DNA of 64,000 bases from Marsupella aquatica (lineage: Eukaryota; Plantae; Marchantiophyta): contig OZ316895.1 of the NCBI GenBank assembly GCA_973895155.1, positions 12,035,929-12,099,928 on the forward strand, in the 5' to 3' direction. The position numbers and the translations under genes are program-made. A model generated the notes under the pieces. The model worked only from the letters and a program-made list of their open reading frames with translations, did no database searches and was not told where the DNA came from. Below are positions 37,716-52,778 of the stretch, piece by piece (position 1 is the first letter of the stretch; each line of letters starts with the position of its first letter).

Positions 37716-38797
37716 GTAGTTGGGAATGTTTGGTTTGGGATCATGGAAAGTTATCAACTGTAAACTTCTGTTTCCATTGAAAGATTATGATCATTGAAAT
37801 GTGGCCAGACACAAAATTCTGTTGTCTATGTGTGATTGGGTCTTGGTAGTCCAATAAATACATAACAACGTCACTTTTTGTAACATCATGGACCAAAAGT
37901 GACAACATTTTTGTATCATCACCCACCCAACCTAAATGATGAACCACAAGATGATTGCATAGCCGGAAAGACAGCACTTCTTTGTCTCAGTTGCACTTAT
38001 TTGCCTTGTCTTGACATTATCGGGCAAAGTATGGGCATTGGGCCAGTACACTATAATAATGTCTCATATGAAATACGATAAAATTACATGGAATGGGACA
38101 TATTAATTTCATTAGCATACAATATTGATTTTTCAGGAAGTTGGGGCCTAACCTTGACTTTTTGTCCAATTAGACACTCAAAAGTATCACTATGATGCAC
38201 TCTACTTAGGGAAAGGAACTCAACTAATCCCATGCAAGGAAACTGAGTTATGTCTACATTACGGAGTCTCAAAGCTTCATAGTTACACATGATGTCTTTC
38301 TTGGGTCATGCCCCAAGTTCTCACTCTAGTATAACCCTAGCTAATCCCATGATACTTGTTTGGTACTAGTTAGCCCTTATGATACTAGTTTACTAGGATA
38401 ATGGTACTTTTTTTAGTCAAGTAGGATAGCACACTTTTGTGTTACCTCTTCTCATAGCACTGTGTGCATATGATTGAGAGAACACTCTAGTGTGTGTGCA
38501 TTGGAGAGTTAAATTTTCTGGTGGTGGAGACTGAAAGGGTGAGAGAATGTACATAGGGAAATGGAGTGACCGGGCAAAAATCACAGAACCGGGCACAGAA
38601 CTGAACTGCAGGCATTTGCGCCACCTGTATCTATGCAAATATATTGACATGAATTTTTTCATTTTGTAAATGGATTTCCGCATTTTTAAATATCCAGGTT
38701 CCATTATGTCTTTTGTCCACACTCAAACATTGACAACTTTATGCAGCTTTTCACGAGGTGCATGGCGCACAGACCTGCCACCATCGAGATCTGCCGC

Positions 38798-39424
38798 CAG
38801 TGTTGGCCATTTACCCCCCTCTGAATGGCTTGGACAAGAAAATTGTCTCTTGTTGGAAAAAATGCTAAGTGCACGGTGAGAAGACAATGTCCACAATGTC
38901 TTCCGAAACCACCAGTGTCAACCATTTACTCCCGCCCGAATGGCTTGGGTGAGCAACATATACTCTTGTTGGAAAAAATGCTAAGTGTATTGAGAAGACA
39001 ATCTCGGGGGTCTCACTATATGGGGACCTCCCCATCACCTACAATGTTTTTAGGCCTTGAACCCCCCTAAAATATAAGTATTTAAAAAAAAATTAACCCC
39101 TATAAAGTTGGAATATTCCAAAAATTAGATTAAAAACACCATAATGTTCTTATAAGTCTCAAAATTGAATTTAAAAGACCCTATCATTCTTCTGCAACAT
39201 TCTTAAGTCTTCCCTTAGAACCAATGAAATGGCCCTATCCTTTGTCGCACGTGATATGCCATTTTTGTGGAATTGAAACCCCCGAAAAGAGAATGTCCAC
39301 AATGTCTTCCAAAACCACCTGTGTTGGCCATGTACCCTCACCTAATGGCTTGGGCAAGCACCAGATACTCTCGGTGGAAAAAATGCTAAGTGTGGTGAGA
39401 AGACAATGTCCACAATGTCTTCTA
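38798..39424 (+). repeat. ~115-bp tandem repeat x3, middle unit interrupted by a MITE
   Basis: AATGGCTTGG..CTC..GGAAAAAATGCTAAGTG..TGAGAAGACAATGTCCACAATGTCTT occurs three times. Confidence 0.85.
39003..39286 (+). mobile_element. hAT-type MITE family A, copy 3
   Basis: CTCGGGGG...CCCCCGAA; TSD AAGACAAT / AAGAGAAT. Neighbouring repeat units show the empty site GAGAAGACAATGTCC. Confidence 0.92.
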
Positions 39425-41299
39425 GCACTGTTTGGGCATTAAAAAACCCTCAAACCCCAACCCTGAAATACTTGTCATTTTCTTGCAATGTACATCCTTC
39501 TAGTTTGCAATTTTAATCACTGGGCAACCAATTTGTGAATGATGTGGCGTTAAGGGTCTCACAGATTTTTGAGACAACCTCCAAACTGGAGGTTTTTTCT
39601 AGATTCAATTTGCATCTAGTAATAGATAAGTCTGGTCCCCCATTAACATTTCACTGACTGGTTTTGTAATGTAAGATCTGGTTATCACTTAATCTTGGTT
39701 TGTTTCCCTTTCATTTGATTGTCTTAGTTACTACTTTATAGCCATGGTTCAAACATGCAAACTATGCGGTGACTGGCCAAAAATCACAACTTTGCACGGT
39801 CATTGTGATTTTTGGCCAGTCACTGCATAGTTTGTGGTTGAATGGGTACAATGCACTGTCATCCAGTTTGGTCTTTGTAAGGCTGAAATCTCACTTTATA
39901 AGAACTTACACAAGAGCAAAGAGTACGGATCATAAAGAGGGGGCTGATTGGGGCAAAAAAGTTTCCAGGTGGTTGATTAAGCAAAGTATCTCCAGGAGGG
40001 GGCCTATGAAGCATATATATCCCTCCGCATTGGCTGTATGCAAGTCATTGGCAAAATTCACTAAATTCTGACCCTCCATTTCTCAAGTACAAATATATAG
40101 CTGACCCTTTGCCAATTTGTCAGAATTCCTAATAGTTGGGGGATACATGTCACAGCCCTGTACCACTGGGCCCCACCCTCAATTGCCAATTCAATCCCCT
40201 TATTTTGCAAGCTTTTTATTGGCAAAATTGTCAAAAATTAATCAAGACCCCATGTTATTCTATATGACTTTTACAAAGGAAGCTTGTTCTAATTGTCACC
40301 TGGTCCTTATCAGCAAGAACTGTAGCTCCGCAAAAAAATAGACCCTGGGTGGGGGAGAGATCCCCACCCCTCCTTGAAAGATGGTTAAATAAGGTTTTAA
40401 GTCTTCATCACCAAAAAGAATGGGCTGTGGCCACTTGCATTGGACACAGGGGAAATTCTAACAAAAAATGCTCAAATCAATTCAGCCATTAGTGAACTTA
40501 GTTTATAAATATCTAAGCTACAATCATTTATTAATTTACCTAAACCTCTATTAAGAGTACATTTTAAGGTAAAACTAGCCCGATGTCTATGCATTGCACA
40601 AAAGATGTTGAGGTGAGAAAATATATCAAGGTGATTAAAAGATGTTGAGTTGAAAACAAATTAATGTCCATGAGAGAAAGACATGTTGAGGTGAAGAAAA
40701 GAGGTCAAGGAAAAGAAAGATGAGGAGGTGAGACAAAGATATAAAGATGAGAAAAAGATGCCAAAGAAAGAAAACAAGTTGAATGAGGGAAAGAAGTTGT
40801 TGTGAGATAAAGATGAATGACTACTATTGGTTCCTGTTTTTCTTGAGCTTGTAAATTGATGAAAAACTATTTATGTGGGATAGAGTATTATAGTGGTAGA
40901 TGCAAGAGGAAACTTGGCTATTCATGGCTGACGGTCTTTGCTAGCTTGGCTCGTGATGGTTTGGGAGGGTAAAGAGAAAAGTACAGTAATTAGACTGTTC
41001 CTTTCGTCAGGTTGCTGAGTAATGACCGAGCAGGACGAGTGAAGCCGAGCACAAGATGTGAGGATTGAGAGTGAAGTGAGGACTCAGTGCCTCAATTTGC
41101 TAAATGCCTCAATCAGCTCAATACCTCACTTTGCGCCTCATTTTGCTGCCAATTTGCGGTCTCTAGTCTTAGTCATAAATAAGGATAAAGGAACCAAGAG
41201 GAATGACATGCATATTTGTTGTTTTAACCCTATGGGGGAGAAACTTTATGACATGCATGTTGACTTTCACACTTCTCACACTTTCACACACGCCCTCCT

Positions 41300-41360
41300 A
41301 AAGGACAGAAGTACACCCTTCACAACTATTAAGGACAGAAGTACACCCTTTACAACTATT
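41300..41360 (+). repeat. ~30-bp tandem repeat x2, followed by degenerate GGGAGTGGAGAATTAGTG units to ~41600
   Basis: AAGGACAGAAGTACACCCTT(C/T)ACAACTATT twice. Confidence 0.75.
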
Positions 41361-42771
41361 AGTGTCAGGATTAGTGAGAGTGGAGAATAAATATACCCTT
41401 CACGACTGGTAGTGTTAGCAACAAATTAATGGGAGTGGAGAATTAGTGTTTTTATTACTAAGTATAAGGGGGGATAGTGCTTATCATCTAACTAATGGGA
41501 GTGGAGAATTAGTGTCATTGTTAATAAGTATTGAGGGGGATAGTGCTTATCATCATGGGAGTGGAAAATTTTAGTGCTACTACTAATCTAATAAGCATGG
41601 AGGGGAATAATACTTATCGTCTATATAATGAGTGGGAAGTTTCTGTTACTAGAATCAGGTATAAGGAAATATTGCTTATCTACGCTAACACATGCAAGCT
41701 AAGGCCAAAGATTTTCATGGGGAACAGGCTGGCACCCACCCATTTTCCACTGGGCAAAGAAAAAATGTTTAAAATGGATGCAAAGGCTGACTGTCTTACG
41801 TAACACTAATATCACGTACCCAAAATTTGTTTCACCAGAATTGATCTGACTAAAATGAATTGTGATGGACAGTGTACATGGAAACTAGAAGGACTAGTGA
41901 GGACTATCTGGGGTGGCTTTACAAGGGGGCCATTGTTTTTTAAATTCCCTATGAGATGAAATCTGGATCAGATAATGAGTGGATTATAGCTATAATTGGC
42001 TTAAGAGAATTCAGGCCTACCTATCCTACATGGCAAGCAATGGCAAGAAGTGGCCCTGCAATTTTCTCTGGGTAGAAAAGGCATAATGCCCCTATGTCGC
42101 AACCTAAGGCACACAACTTTGGGAAATGCATGCAATGCTTCTCAATAACCATGATCGAACAACCGCAGTGTAAAGTCATACTTAGAGGTAACTCCAAGCA
42201 ATACCGGCCTCAGGCTTGACTCATATGTGGTAATGTAGGAAACTGGTCATCCATTTTATTTCTGTGGAATGGGCGAGCTGTTGTGGCCCCTTATCACCAA
42301 GTAGCAATAAGCCATGGACCTTGATCTAGACTTATTGCCTTTTACTAGACAACAAAGTAAACATAGCTTTTGACAACGAGGCCCACAAGGACTACAATGT
42401 TTGACAAAAAACTTGGATACAACCCTGCAACCCGGCCTGCAACCTGGGCTGCAACCTGGATGCGCTATTTTCAAAATTTGCTGAGAACTCAATCACATTT
42501 TTCCCATGAACATCACTACTTTGCCCAGCCAACTAACCGCATGAATGTAGCTAAAAATAAAGGGTGTTCCTTTTTCACTAGTGTGGCTAATGTCCCTTTA
42601 TGACATGAGAAGATGCTAGGAATATTCCTGGTTTGATTTTCCTACATTATTCCTTGATTGTGAGACTCCCTTGATTCAAGGATGATGGATCTGTGGCTAG
42701 GTGTGAATCTGGTACTGGGGTCTGTGGCTAATCTTAAAAATGAATTGTAAACAGAAACTAGAGTTGGGCTC

Positions 42772-43097
42772 TGTAGAGGTTAACTCAGTCTTGGGTTGAA
42801 CTATGGTTAGGATATTAACTAGGGTTAGAGTAAACCCTAGTTGAAGAGATTGATCCTTATCTCTTCAACTTGTATGTGGTGTGAGAACACACACAAGAAA
42901 GTTCTCAAGAGAGAACACAGGGATATAGCAAGAGATGAGAGCTTGAAGAGATGAGAGCTATGGTGATGCTTGAATACACACATAACCGCTAATAAAGCTT
43001 GGTCTTCCCGTGGACGTAGCCAACCTTGAGGCGAACCACGTAACTATTGAGCACGTGCATGTTTGGAGTGTTTTTCCTGATCTGATTTCTCCCCACA
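42772..43097 (+). mobile_element. Copia-like solo LTR, 326 bp
   Basis: TG...CA ends; perfect 5-bp TSD GGCTC (42767-42771 and 43098-43102); AATAAAGCT then TTCCCGTGGACGTAGCC..GAACC, shared with the LTR at 62192. Confidence 0.9.
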
Positions 43098-46000
43098 GGC
43101 TCCAAGTTTCCAGTGTGAAGTCTGTACACCGTAATGCCTAGGGGCCCACCAAATTTATGTCCATGGAAGAAAGATGGGATGTTATTTGTCAAAATGATGG
43201 GCATGCAGCCAAAGTAAGCATGGTTGAGTGATAGCTGACTTGAGTAGGGACTCATAGGCCTTGGGTTCAAATATTGTAAATGACTGCGATTGCCTCCCTT
43301 TCCCCGGGGTTTCAAGGATTTCCCCTTAAAAAGATAAATAAAAATAAAGATGACAAGCATGCATGATAATTTTTGTCATCATTTTCAAATCACATTTAAA
43401 GAATGCGTATTCAAGCTTGTGGAAGACAAAAAAAAACATTGTTCATGTAATTAGTGTTACTCACATTAATTTGAGAGCAGAAATTTCAAGGCTCTACTCA
43501 TGAATCAATGTTACTCACATTAATTTTGTGCATACTGTGGTCTTAGGAGTGGAAAAATTGAGGAAAAAAGCTATTTGCAAATTTTCAAAAATTACTGTTA
43601 TTTTGGACAAGATCACCAATATTATACTAGCACTTCAATGAAAATGGGAAAAATCATATTGAAAAACTGAAAAATGAGTTCCTTGAACCAAGGTCAGTTT
43701 TCCCAAAATTAGTGTTGCAACACTAATATCATAGTAACTTCAATCTACAACTATAATTAGTGATCCCGCCTTTTTTAGTCCTTCGTCCCTTTATGAAATC
43801 CAAAATTGGCGGGAATCAAAATTGGCTGTAAGATATTTTAGAGGATTATCGTATCCATTTGATTAGCACTTGCCCTCTCTGGAGAGATCTCCCACACCCT
43901 TGCCTTCATTATGGACCCCCCTCACAATATATGTATATGAGCGTCAATGCTCACGATGGCTTGCCCTGATGTTCTTGCCCTGACACCCTGCCTCGCCCTC
44001 CACTCAGTCCCGATGCGCTCGCCCTGCCTCTCGCCCCCGGCCCGACTCTCTATGGGCCGGCCCTCATTGTGCTGTGCAACGCACGGGCATAGGGCTCGTT
44101 CTTACATAACACTAACTCCAATTGTAAGGTGTAACAAATTTCTCTGAGAGTGGCCAAAAAGTTGTGGAAGAGTCGAACCTACTGTAGCGAATTAGTCACT
44201 AAAAAAACGTCGGGAAAGGCCTCAAATATGCTCGAAGTCTGGTACAGGGTCTCAGTCAATCTTTTGTAATGATGTTGGTATACATAACACTGCCAAAAAG
44301 AGACTCCAGCACAGGGATGGGGCGACCCTCACATGACTTTGAGTGGATGCAATCCATCAGTGACAAGGGACTGAACATTCATTGGAGTGTGCAACTGGAC
44401 CATGAGATATTGAGATAGGATTTAATAATTAAAGCTTGCATGATGTGTGGGTCGTGCGAGTCTGTATCTTTGTCCATTCGGTACTGTGCTTTTTGTCTGT
44501 GCGTGTGCGCCTTTGCATGTGATTACTTTAGGTACTGATTTAGCTGTCTTTGAAAGATACTCTACACCAGCGTTTTAAAACAAATAGTAATTTAAAATTG
44601 GGTTTAGTCAAAAGCCTACTACTTAAAATATTTAAGTTTAATACACCTCCTAAGGGCGGGTGGTGGCCAACAAATAAGTAAAATGCTCAGGAGTGCTGGC
44701 GAGACTCTGGGTTTAGGTTATGCATTTCAGCTATAAATTTATTATTCAGGTATAAATGTATACCCATTCTTAAAAAAAAACTCCCTTGCATGAATCAGAG
44801 ACGATAAGCCATTGAGGGGGGCATTGAGTACGACTTTTACAATTTGTTTGCCAATCAAAAACATTAAGACTCATGGACTCGAGTTTATTATCTTGATGGT
44901 TAAGTTTTGTAGTATGTATTCCATACCCAAGAGACTTGGATCCCAAATTACAGTATTGATGATAGAGATAGATGCTAGATGGATAGATGATTCATAGTTT
45001 CGATTGGCCCTCCATGATTTTCCTAGTGACTTTAGGGCTTAGGCAGCCCAAATGCCCAATGCTGTTACAAAAGTCCCCTTCGTCAATTCAGGATGGGAAA
45101 GTCCAGATGTGTGGTCCCAACGTGGCATTACCTGAGGTGAATCTCTTTGGATCTGCGGCCCCACCTATGTGAGGTCAGATCACAGTCCAGACTCGAGAAT
45201 CCAGCAGCCACGTCAATTTGGGACGCATCACAAATCCATGCACTTTGCTGCAGAGCGTCAGTTCATGATCTGATTGAATGGCTATAGACATCCCACCCAA
45301 GTATTTCAAGCATAATGACGAGGTAAGGCAGGTGTCAATCAATACTTGAGGGAGTTCTATGTAATTTTTTTCTGGGGTTACGGAGAAAGTCACACACCAG
45401 ACCTCTCTCACTGGTTGTGGGGGAAGGTTGGTGAGGCTAAAGTGCTTGCAAAATTTCTATAGATGGTATAATTTCACAAAAATATCATTAAATAACAAAA
45501 ACGTATTTCTCAATTTTAAATATTAAGACTGGATGGACCAAGGGGTTTGTTTGGAAGCCAAATGGATTACCTAAGCTGAGATGGGCGTGATGCAGAACAT
45601 CAAAAAATTCTGGGATAGCATTCTTTACAGTCTGACTCAAATGTGATTGAAAAATGGGCACCTTGCAGTTGGTTTCAATTATTTAGTCATAAATCATTGC
45701 TCAAGGTGCTTGACACAAAAGTGAAACATCTTTCCCAAAAGTGGTACGTCGTTAAATGTTTGTTGGCAACTGGATTATAATATTTGACCATTTTTGCACT
45801 GATCAACAATGGAGAAAATGATTTCAAAAATGATACAACTTTGTCAGAAAATGGATTGTACATTCTGAAAACATTTGAACTTAAACAAAATCCCAAAGCT
45901 GGCAAAATGAATTCACAAGTCTACCAAAATCCAGATGCACAAGTTTGCCCCAAACAAACCTTTTATAGTTGATCCAGGGTGACTGGAAGTGTCCCCCAAA

Positions 46001-48851
46001 AGCAATTGGTCAGTGCTAATTTTGGGTGTAAAATGAAGCAGCAAGCTACGCAATCCATGGGGATGGATAAAACAAACCCCTTGATTCATGTAGGCTGAAT
46101 ATTCCTCAGTTTTGTATGCCCAGAAGAATGTCTAATACACTATCATGTCTTGAACCTGTATGACCTAGGAATTTCAGGTACATATTTATCACAATAATGG
46201 TCAAATTTAAGTTAAGAAATATTTTTAAGTCAATCCAGAAGGTTGAGTTACGTGTGATTGCTTTCTGGATACAATTAAGCTATTCTAGACTCCCAAAACG
46301 GTGAGCATCCATACATGGAAAGGTGCTATCTAAGTAAACAGTGTCATTTCAGTATGAAGTATGTCAACTTTTACAGTTCATCGATCCTCTTGTCAAACAC
46401 TGAAATCCGTGGAAGTACTCCTCATTTACAAGAATAGCTCAGGCAGAGCTCTCTGTTTATTTAGATTGATAACTTGACTATCATTTAAGGTAGTGGCTGT
46501 TGAAAGTGTGCCGCTCTCTTTCCCTTTTCCATTCGATTTTGAAATTTACGTTCACCTACTATCAAATGCTTTAAAACTTGAGGGGCTGTACTTGTACAAA
46601 TCTGTCCACTCCCAAGACACTACCAAGTAGAGGGTGCTCTATGGAGCCAGATGTTGGGAGGCCATGTCCTAGATGGCCCTTCCAAGCAGCAGTAAACAGC
46701 GATGGATCTGCGAGCACAATCATGTTTCCAACGCCTAAGAATTTGAGATTAGGTCCTGTGTGTCTGAATTCTTAGTTTCCTACACAATCAAGTACACTTC
46801 CTAGTTTTCTGACCTACATACTACTCTCCCCTGCTTTTGGACAGGGCCCACAAATTGAAGATAGAAGGTGGATTGGATGGTCCATTATGAATAGGATTGC
46901 AAATCCACTTCTGACTTGCTTTTGTGCAACGTGTGAGCGACATAGGTGCTGATTTTCCCTTCAGTGGAGAGAAACGGTTTTCAAATCCTTCCTGAACGAC
47001 AAGATCATAGAAATGTTCAGGGAAAATCTGATTGCCCTCGATGTGAACCAAACAAACTAGTGTACTTTTGAAGCGGGAAGGGAGGGAAAGATCTGGGCCG
47101 CCCGGAGAAAGGGTCCGGATAGAACGATTCCTACGTTGTACCTTCCTTATTACCATTATGTTAGAAAGCCACTCAGACACTCCTGAAATCCTCAGGCACA
47201 GATTTGACCCGAAATGAGTTGAATTCTGCAAAGACAACGTGGAGTGAGGTAGGAACATTGATTACCTTCATCACTGATGCCTTGCGTGGAACATTCCTTT
47301 CATGTCTTCAATCCAAGCCTTCTTGATCATCAGAAAACCCTTGCATCTATAATATGGAAAGGTTAACATCGTTTCGGTCACCTGTGACGATATTTCCAAG
47401 TAAACCATAACCTCGTCGCATATTTTCTTAGATCTTTTACCAGCGACCAGGTTGGCGACACGAGACAGTTAGAGCGTAGTGGTATGATCTGGTCCGGAAA
47501 TCTCCCTCCAGGCATACGAGGGGGATCCTCCATTTTCAAACTTTGATGTGGACACAGAGCAAACTTCCTGACATTTGTGAGTTGAGATCTCTTTAAAATC
47601 TGACCATTTCCCAGCTCTTTCAAGAACTGTTTCAATTAGCCCATGAAATCCTATTTGAGGCACAAACCCAAAGCAACAAAAACTATGAACTTGAAGGGCC
47701 GTTTGGACCCCAGATTCCTGCAGCAAAACTCGCATTACAAGGCTGGTGAAACTGCAAGGTTCTGTCATATGGCTGGCGAAATACCATGAATTTGGATGTT
47801 TTCTGAACTCTTTACAGAGCAATTATTCATGTTTCCTCAAACTAATTGATTTTCTGCGCAGATCCATTTTACATAAACTTCACGAACCCATAGGGGCTGC
47901 AGCTCATAGAAGCAGTAAGCTCCAACCAACATACAACTGCGCGATCCCAGAACAAAAGAAATACTGAATTTCCGGCCAACACTGACCACGGTGCTTTCTC
48001 ACGACCTCAGTGCCCAGTTGGTAGACCCTCCAACAGAATTTTATACAAAGTTCCAAAACTGCGGTCAGTTCTTCTCAAGACAATTAATTGGGCACCAACA
48101 ACCTGTATCCAAAACATAAGTATATTAATAAAGAAATACTCCAGAGGGCTGAAATCTCGGCGGAAATGATCTACCCTCACAAGCAAAGAAAGTGACAACT
48201 CAGAGGTGTACTAGAACAGTGTCTTTTCAGATAGACTTTGAATATCTAGACGGTAGAGGACATACAGTGTAACCTACTACCTCACACATCTGCCAGCCAG
48301 TGTTAACTACTTAAAGAGTTTAGAGAAGATTAGACCCCTACAATGCAGAAAAACAGAGGCATACAATTTCAGTCAATCTATTTACCAACGTCAGGAGTAA
48401 AAATTGACATACACTAAGGCTGCGATGATATTGAAAGCCTGTAAAGTTGCTCTCCCTGGCACTCTTTACAGGTTCTCAAGTCTGAGCTATCTCCAGTCAG
48501 TGAACTAGACTTGAAATGCTGGGAAGCCCGATTGCTCAAAAAGTGGGACAGTCATCTTCACTGGCAACAGAGTACCTGTGACTCCATTTCAATTTTCTAT
48601 CCACCCACCTGTCCTTTCATCCATATTCTCATGACATGTAAATCTTTGAAAGAAGGCTGCAACCCATGGGTTCCAGACAAGAGTTGTAAAGACACTTCAT
48701 CATTCATTTACGCTACAATGAATTGAGCAGATGGTCACCATCAGTATATTCAGAATGAGTACAAAACAATCTGTAAGAAGAGTGGCTTATTGATTATGCT
48801 CATCTTCTCAAATAAAATGTATACTTCCTACCACAACATGCCCGGCGAACT

Positions 48852-51800
48852 TCATTCTTCTTGCTTGATTGAAAATCGTTCTGCCAAACAACACCAACCC
48901 GAAATAAGATTCCAAAACTTTACTCGAACTTAAACACTGGATATAATTTTCACCGCCAGTTACAGGTATCAAACCAAAAATAACAGGTTCAGTCTGTCCT
49001 GAAGACTTCCTAGTCGCATTAGTGAACTGAGAAGAGAACTTACTCAGGAATTCGTAAGTGGTAATCATTGAAGTACCCCACAAGGACATACTAACAAAAC
49101 GTGGCCCAAGCCCCTTATAGAAACCCTTCCATCCATCCTCTTTCATTAAACTTTTCACTGTTTGTAAAATGGTTGGAGCTCCCTCCCCTTCGCCCTTCAA
49201 TACCTGTGCACATCAAACAGAATCCTGAACTCAGTGACGAGCTAGATTTCCCTGACGGTCGGGTCATGACATCCTTCTCAAGAAAGTTTTCGAAGGAATT
49301 TAAGTCCATATCACCAAGTATCTTAAAAGATTTTGCATTACACAGCAAGAGCTTAGAAGATGGAACTCCGCGGCAGATGAGAGGGAAGATGGCACTTTCG
49401 ATAGGGCACAACAACAATGTCAAACAGAGACACTCCATGAAACAAGGAATGACCATACTCAGTAGGCAAGCCTTTCAAAGTAAAACCTTTGAAGTTGACA
49501 TTTCGTCTCAATCAGGTCAAAAAAGCGGAAGATAAATTCTTGGACAGAGCAAAAACTAGAGACTATCACACCTGGAGGCGGGTCTTAATTGTGTCCATTG
49601 GAGTAGTTGTAACTGAGGAGACGGCACCAGCTACAACTCCTCCAGCTGCCTGAACTAGTACCAGTCTAGACTGACTTGGAGCCTCCACCTCTCCCCCTAC
49701 TCCATAGCCAAGACTTCTGAGAAAACCCAAGAACAAACTGGTGCTCAGTTTCGCGAATGATAATTGTTCTTGGCTAACAGAAACTTGACATGTCCCACCT
49801 ATCCATATCCAAGCAGTCAGGCCTGCTGTACAGTATTCTACGAATCATACACAGCAGTGAACACAAAAGCTGATTGTAGCATGACATTTCTACGCATTAG
49901 AACTTGGATACGCACACAAAAACATCCACAAGGAGAGAGAAAGTTGGGCTCCATTCAGGATGAGACTGAGCACAATATCTAATGAACTTCTCAGCTAGTG
50001 TGTCATCAACCTTAGGTCAATGTTGGCAGGGTCTGGTGTGTAATCTGAATCCATGGAAATCTTCCTGTAGAACTGTGAAGTCTCAGGAGCAACAATGGGA
50101 AAACGGTTTATGCGCATGTCGAAAGGTAGAAGGAAATCATCCAAATTGATTCTCTTAGATGTTCTCACCTCCAAATAACCCGCTGACTGGAACCATAAGC
50201 CGCCCACCAGACCGCACTGGACGGAGAGTACGTCAGGACAGACATTCCAAATCCCCGGTAAAGACCTCGTATACCATCTGCTTTAAGAATCTGTCTCACA
50301 GCATCTATACTTCCAGAGTAATGGGTAGTTCCCACGGACCCTTGAACCATCAATCGCTGACTAACCTGCACTCAAAGAATGCCGGGTAGCAATAAGAGAC
50401 TCATGTCACGGGGATCTCATCCCAAATTAGTCCAATCCGTAATGTATTCTGAATTGCCCACGTCACATGGAGTGGTATAGCCAAAAAACAAGTTCGAGGT
50501 GCATTGTAGCTCAAATGCAAGGGGAAAACTCACGAGTTCGGGAAAATGAGTAGCAATCAACCGAGGTGCGAACTACACAGAATCAACTTCCTGCCTATTA
50601 TAGAAAGCAATGAACAATACCGTACAAGAGAAAGGGAAGAGGTGCCTAGGTAACAACACATGCAGGAATATGACGCAAGTCATAGGCATATCAAGGGTAG
50701 ACAGGGACAATGTGACAACCGAGTATCTCCCACCATCCCTGATTGGAAGTTTGACACAGTCCGAATGGTATAATACTTTTAGAGCATGCAGCAAATCCAA
50801 TTTCCAACTGTTTCATTCTCCAAAAGGCAAATGTGATGATTACCACATCCAAAGGAACAAAAACAGTTTGAGAAGCCATTGACGAAATCATTCCAGCACA
50901 GCCATTGGCAAATGCGGCTGCTGAGGCTTCGGGCATGTCCATACTTTCTGCTATCTTCAAGGCAGCCGCTTTGGTGGTCTCCAAAGACGTCATGAAAACC
51001 ATCCTGCTGGGAATCGCGCCTGTTATCACTATGCCGAACCCCCTGTACAAGCCCCTAATACCTTCTGTTGAAAGAATATGTTTGACAATAGATTTGGCGG
51101 ATTTATGGGCAGAATCTGCCCTTACAACTTGCAGCCTTGTCTTTATAACAGTAATGGGATACAAGGCTGCTGAAACCCCAGAAAATAAGCCAGCGCCTAC
51201 GATATAAAACTTCGTTTTGTCCAGTCTGCATGCAATCCATGCCGGGATGACAGTCAGTAAATGAACAGCACTTAAAAAAAATCAGGCAGCAAAGCGACTA
51301 AAGGTAAACTGATATTATACATCCTGGGAAGTTCAACAGCATCGTCTCAAAAATGCAGACAGTTCACGGAACAATTAGATTAGAGGTCATGCTGAGAACT
51401 GATGCCACCACCGTGAGAGTGAACAGGTTTTAATTCAGCTTCTTTTATGCAAACACCTCTACAGGATTTAGGAAAGAGCCTAGAAGAACGTCAGCAGACA
51501 AAGAACTAACGGAGTTGAGGGGTCAGTAGATTGGCGTTCATCAATGGCTAGTACGTTTATGAAACCAGACCATCAAAAAGTAACGTAATTCTAAGTGTGA
51601 CGTTGCTGCCTTTGTAAATAGTACCCTTCTCATTCATTATAAGTTCGACAACATCAGTCCATACATAAAAACAAAATGCCGTTTGCATCACTCCCCCTCC
51701 CCTGTTTCTCCAGTCTGGTTTTATGACAATATACATTTCCTTGATCTCGTTTCTAAGATTGATAGGATACATTGAAAAATCAAGAAATCTGTGCTCTGTA

Positions 51801-52040
51801 AGGAGAACAATATATTTGCAACAGATAAGCCTACTCAAAGTCAAGGGCAATGTATATCTGCGAATACAAACGAGGGAACGGGAAACGACTGGTACGGCTA
51901 CACTTGCCATCTGCTGGAATGGAATGCAGTGGCCAAATGAGAATGAAATTTAAAAAAACACGGCGATACCTATCCCAGTTGATTTCAGCTTGAGGCAGCG
52001 CCATTTCAGCCGTTCGCTGATGAGTGTGCGATGCTGCCAT
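48852..52040 (-). CDS. SLC25A44: Mitochondrial substrate carrier, SLC25A44-like, 6 exons, 327 aa
   Basis: Exons 52040-51970, 51225-50844, 50365-50169, 49716-49572, 49203-49044, 48880-48852 (984 nt, GT-AG). Three carrier repeats with Px[DE]xx[KR]-type signatures (YPITVIKTRLQ, VPLDVVSQRLM, TPMDTIKTRLQ), GIRGLYRGFG twice, GWKGFYKGLGPR, and N-terminal EINWDRLDKTKF. Confidence 0.93.
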
Positions 52041-52778
52041 GTCACCCTAAATCTCCCCCGATGAGAATCCTTCCCAGCTCCCGAAAACTTGCTCGAGATA
52101 TATTCAACTCAACACCGAAATCATTCCCAACCTTACAACGCGTAAATACAGTCGAATCATTCGGACCAGGCCAAAATTTCAGTCATAATTCTCCAGCCTA
52201 TACATACAGTACCGGCTCTTTGAGCCACGAACTAGCATGGATGAATAACCTAACCTCGATTTCCAAGTACAGGACCAGGAATACTCCCTCCTTCCCCCTT
52301 CTACATGCACCACCAGATCAGACACAAGTACGCGCCACGAACCAGTCAATCAACCGATGACCTCACTGCACTACAATCTGCTTTGCATCTACAAAGCATT
52401 CTCAGGAAGTGCGGTCGTTGCCATGCCGTGAATACCGAAACACAGAGCACCAGAAGCGCCAGTCAGCCAGCAGCTGTGCTTCCGTTTTCACCCTCTACTC
52501 CAGTGACCTCCACTGAACTCCTCCACTCCACTCTACTCCACCAATCCGCAATCCGCAACCCTAACCAAACCAAACCAAACCAAACCCCTTCAAGAAGCGG
52601 AACTGCGAAAGCCTCGAGTAGAAAACAATAATGTGAAGAACGCCCCGCCTTTCAGCGACACCGTGCGGTACTGTAATAAGATCACACGCACATCCACACA
52701 AGGTCAAACTCCCACGAATGCAGTGCAGTGCAGTGCAGTGCAGAGCTGCGCTCACGTAGAATCCATTGCGGACGATCA

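Noticed and set aside
38798-39424. Regularly spaced repeats resembling a CRISPR array (also 33880-34186, 58476-58648)
   Set aside because: Whole units are repeated without unique spacers, there are no cas genes and the context is eukaryotic.
52161-52171. TCGGACCAGGC resembling the 5' part of miR166
   Set aside because: Only 11 nt match, the 3' half differs and there is no complementary arm nearby.
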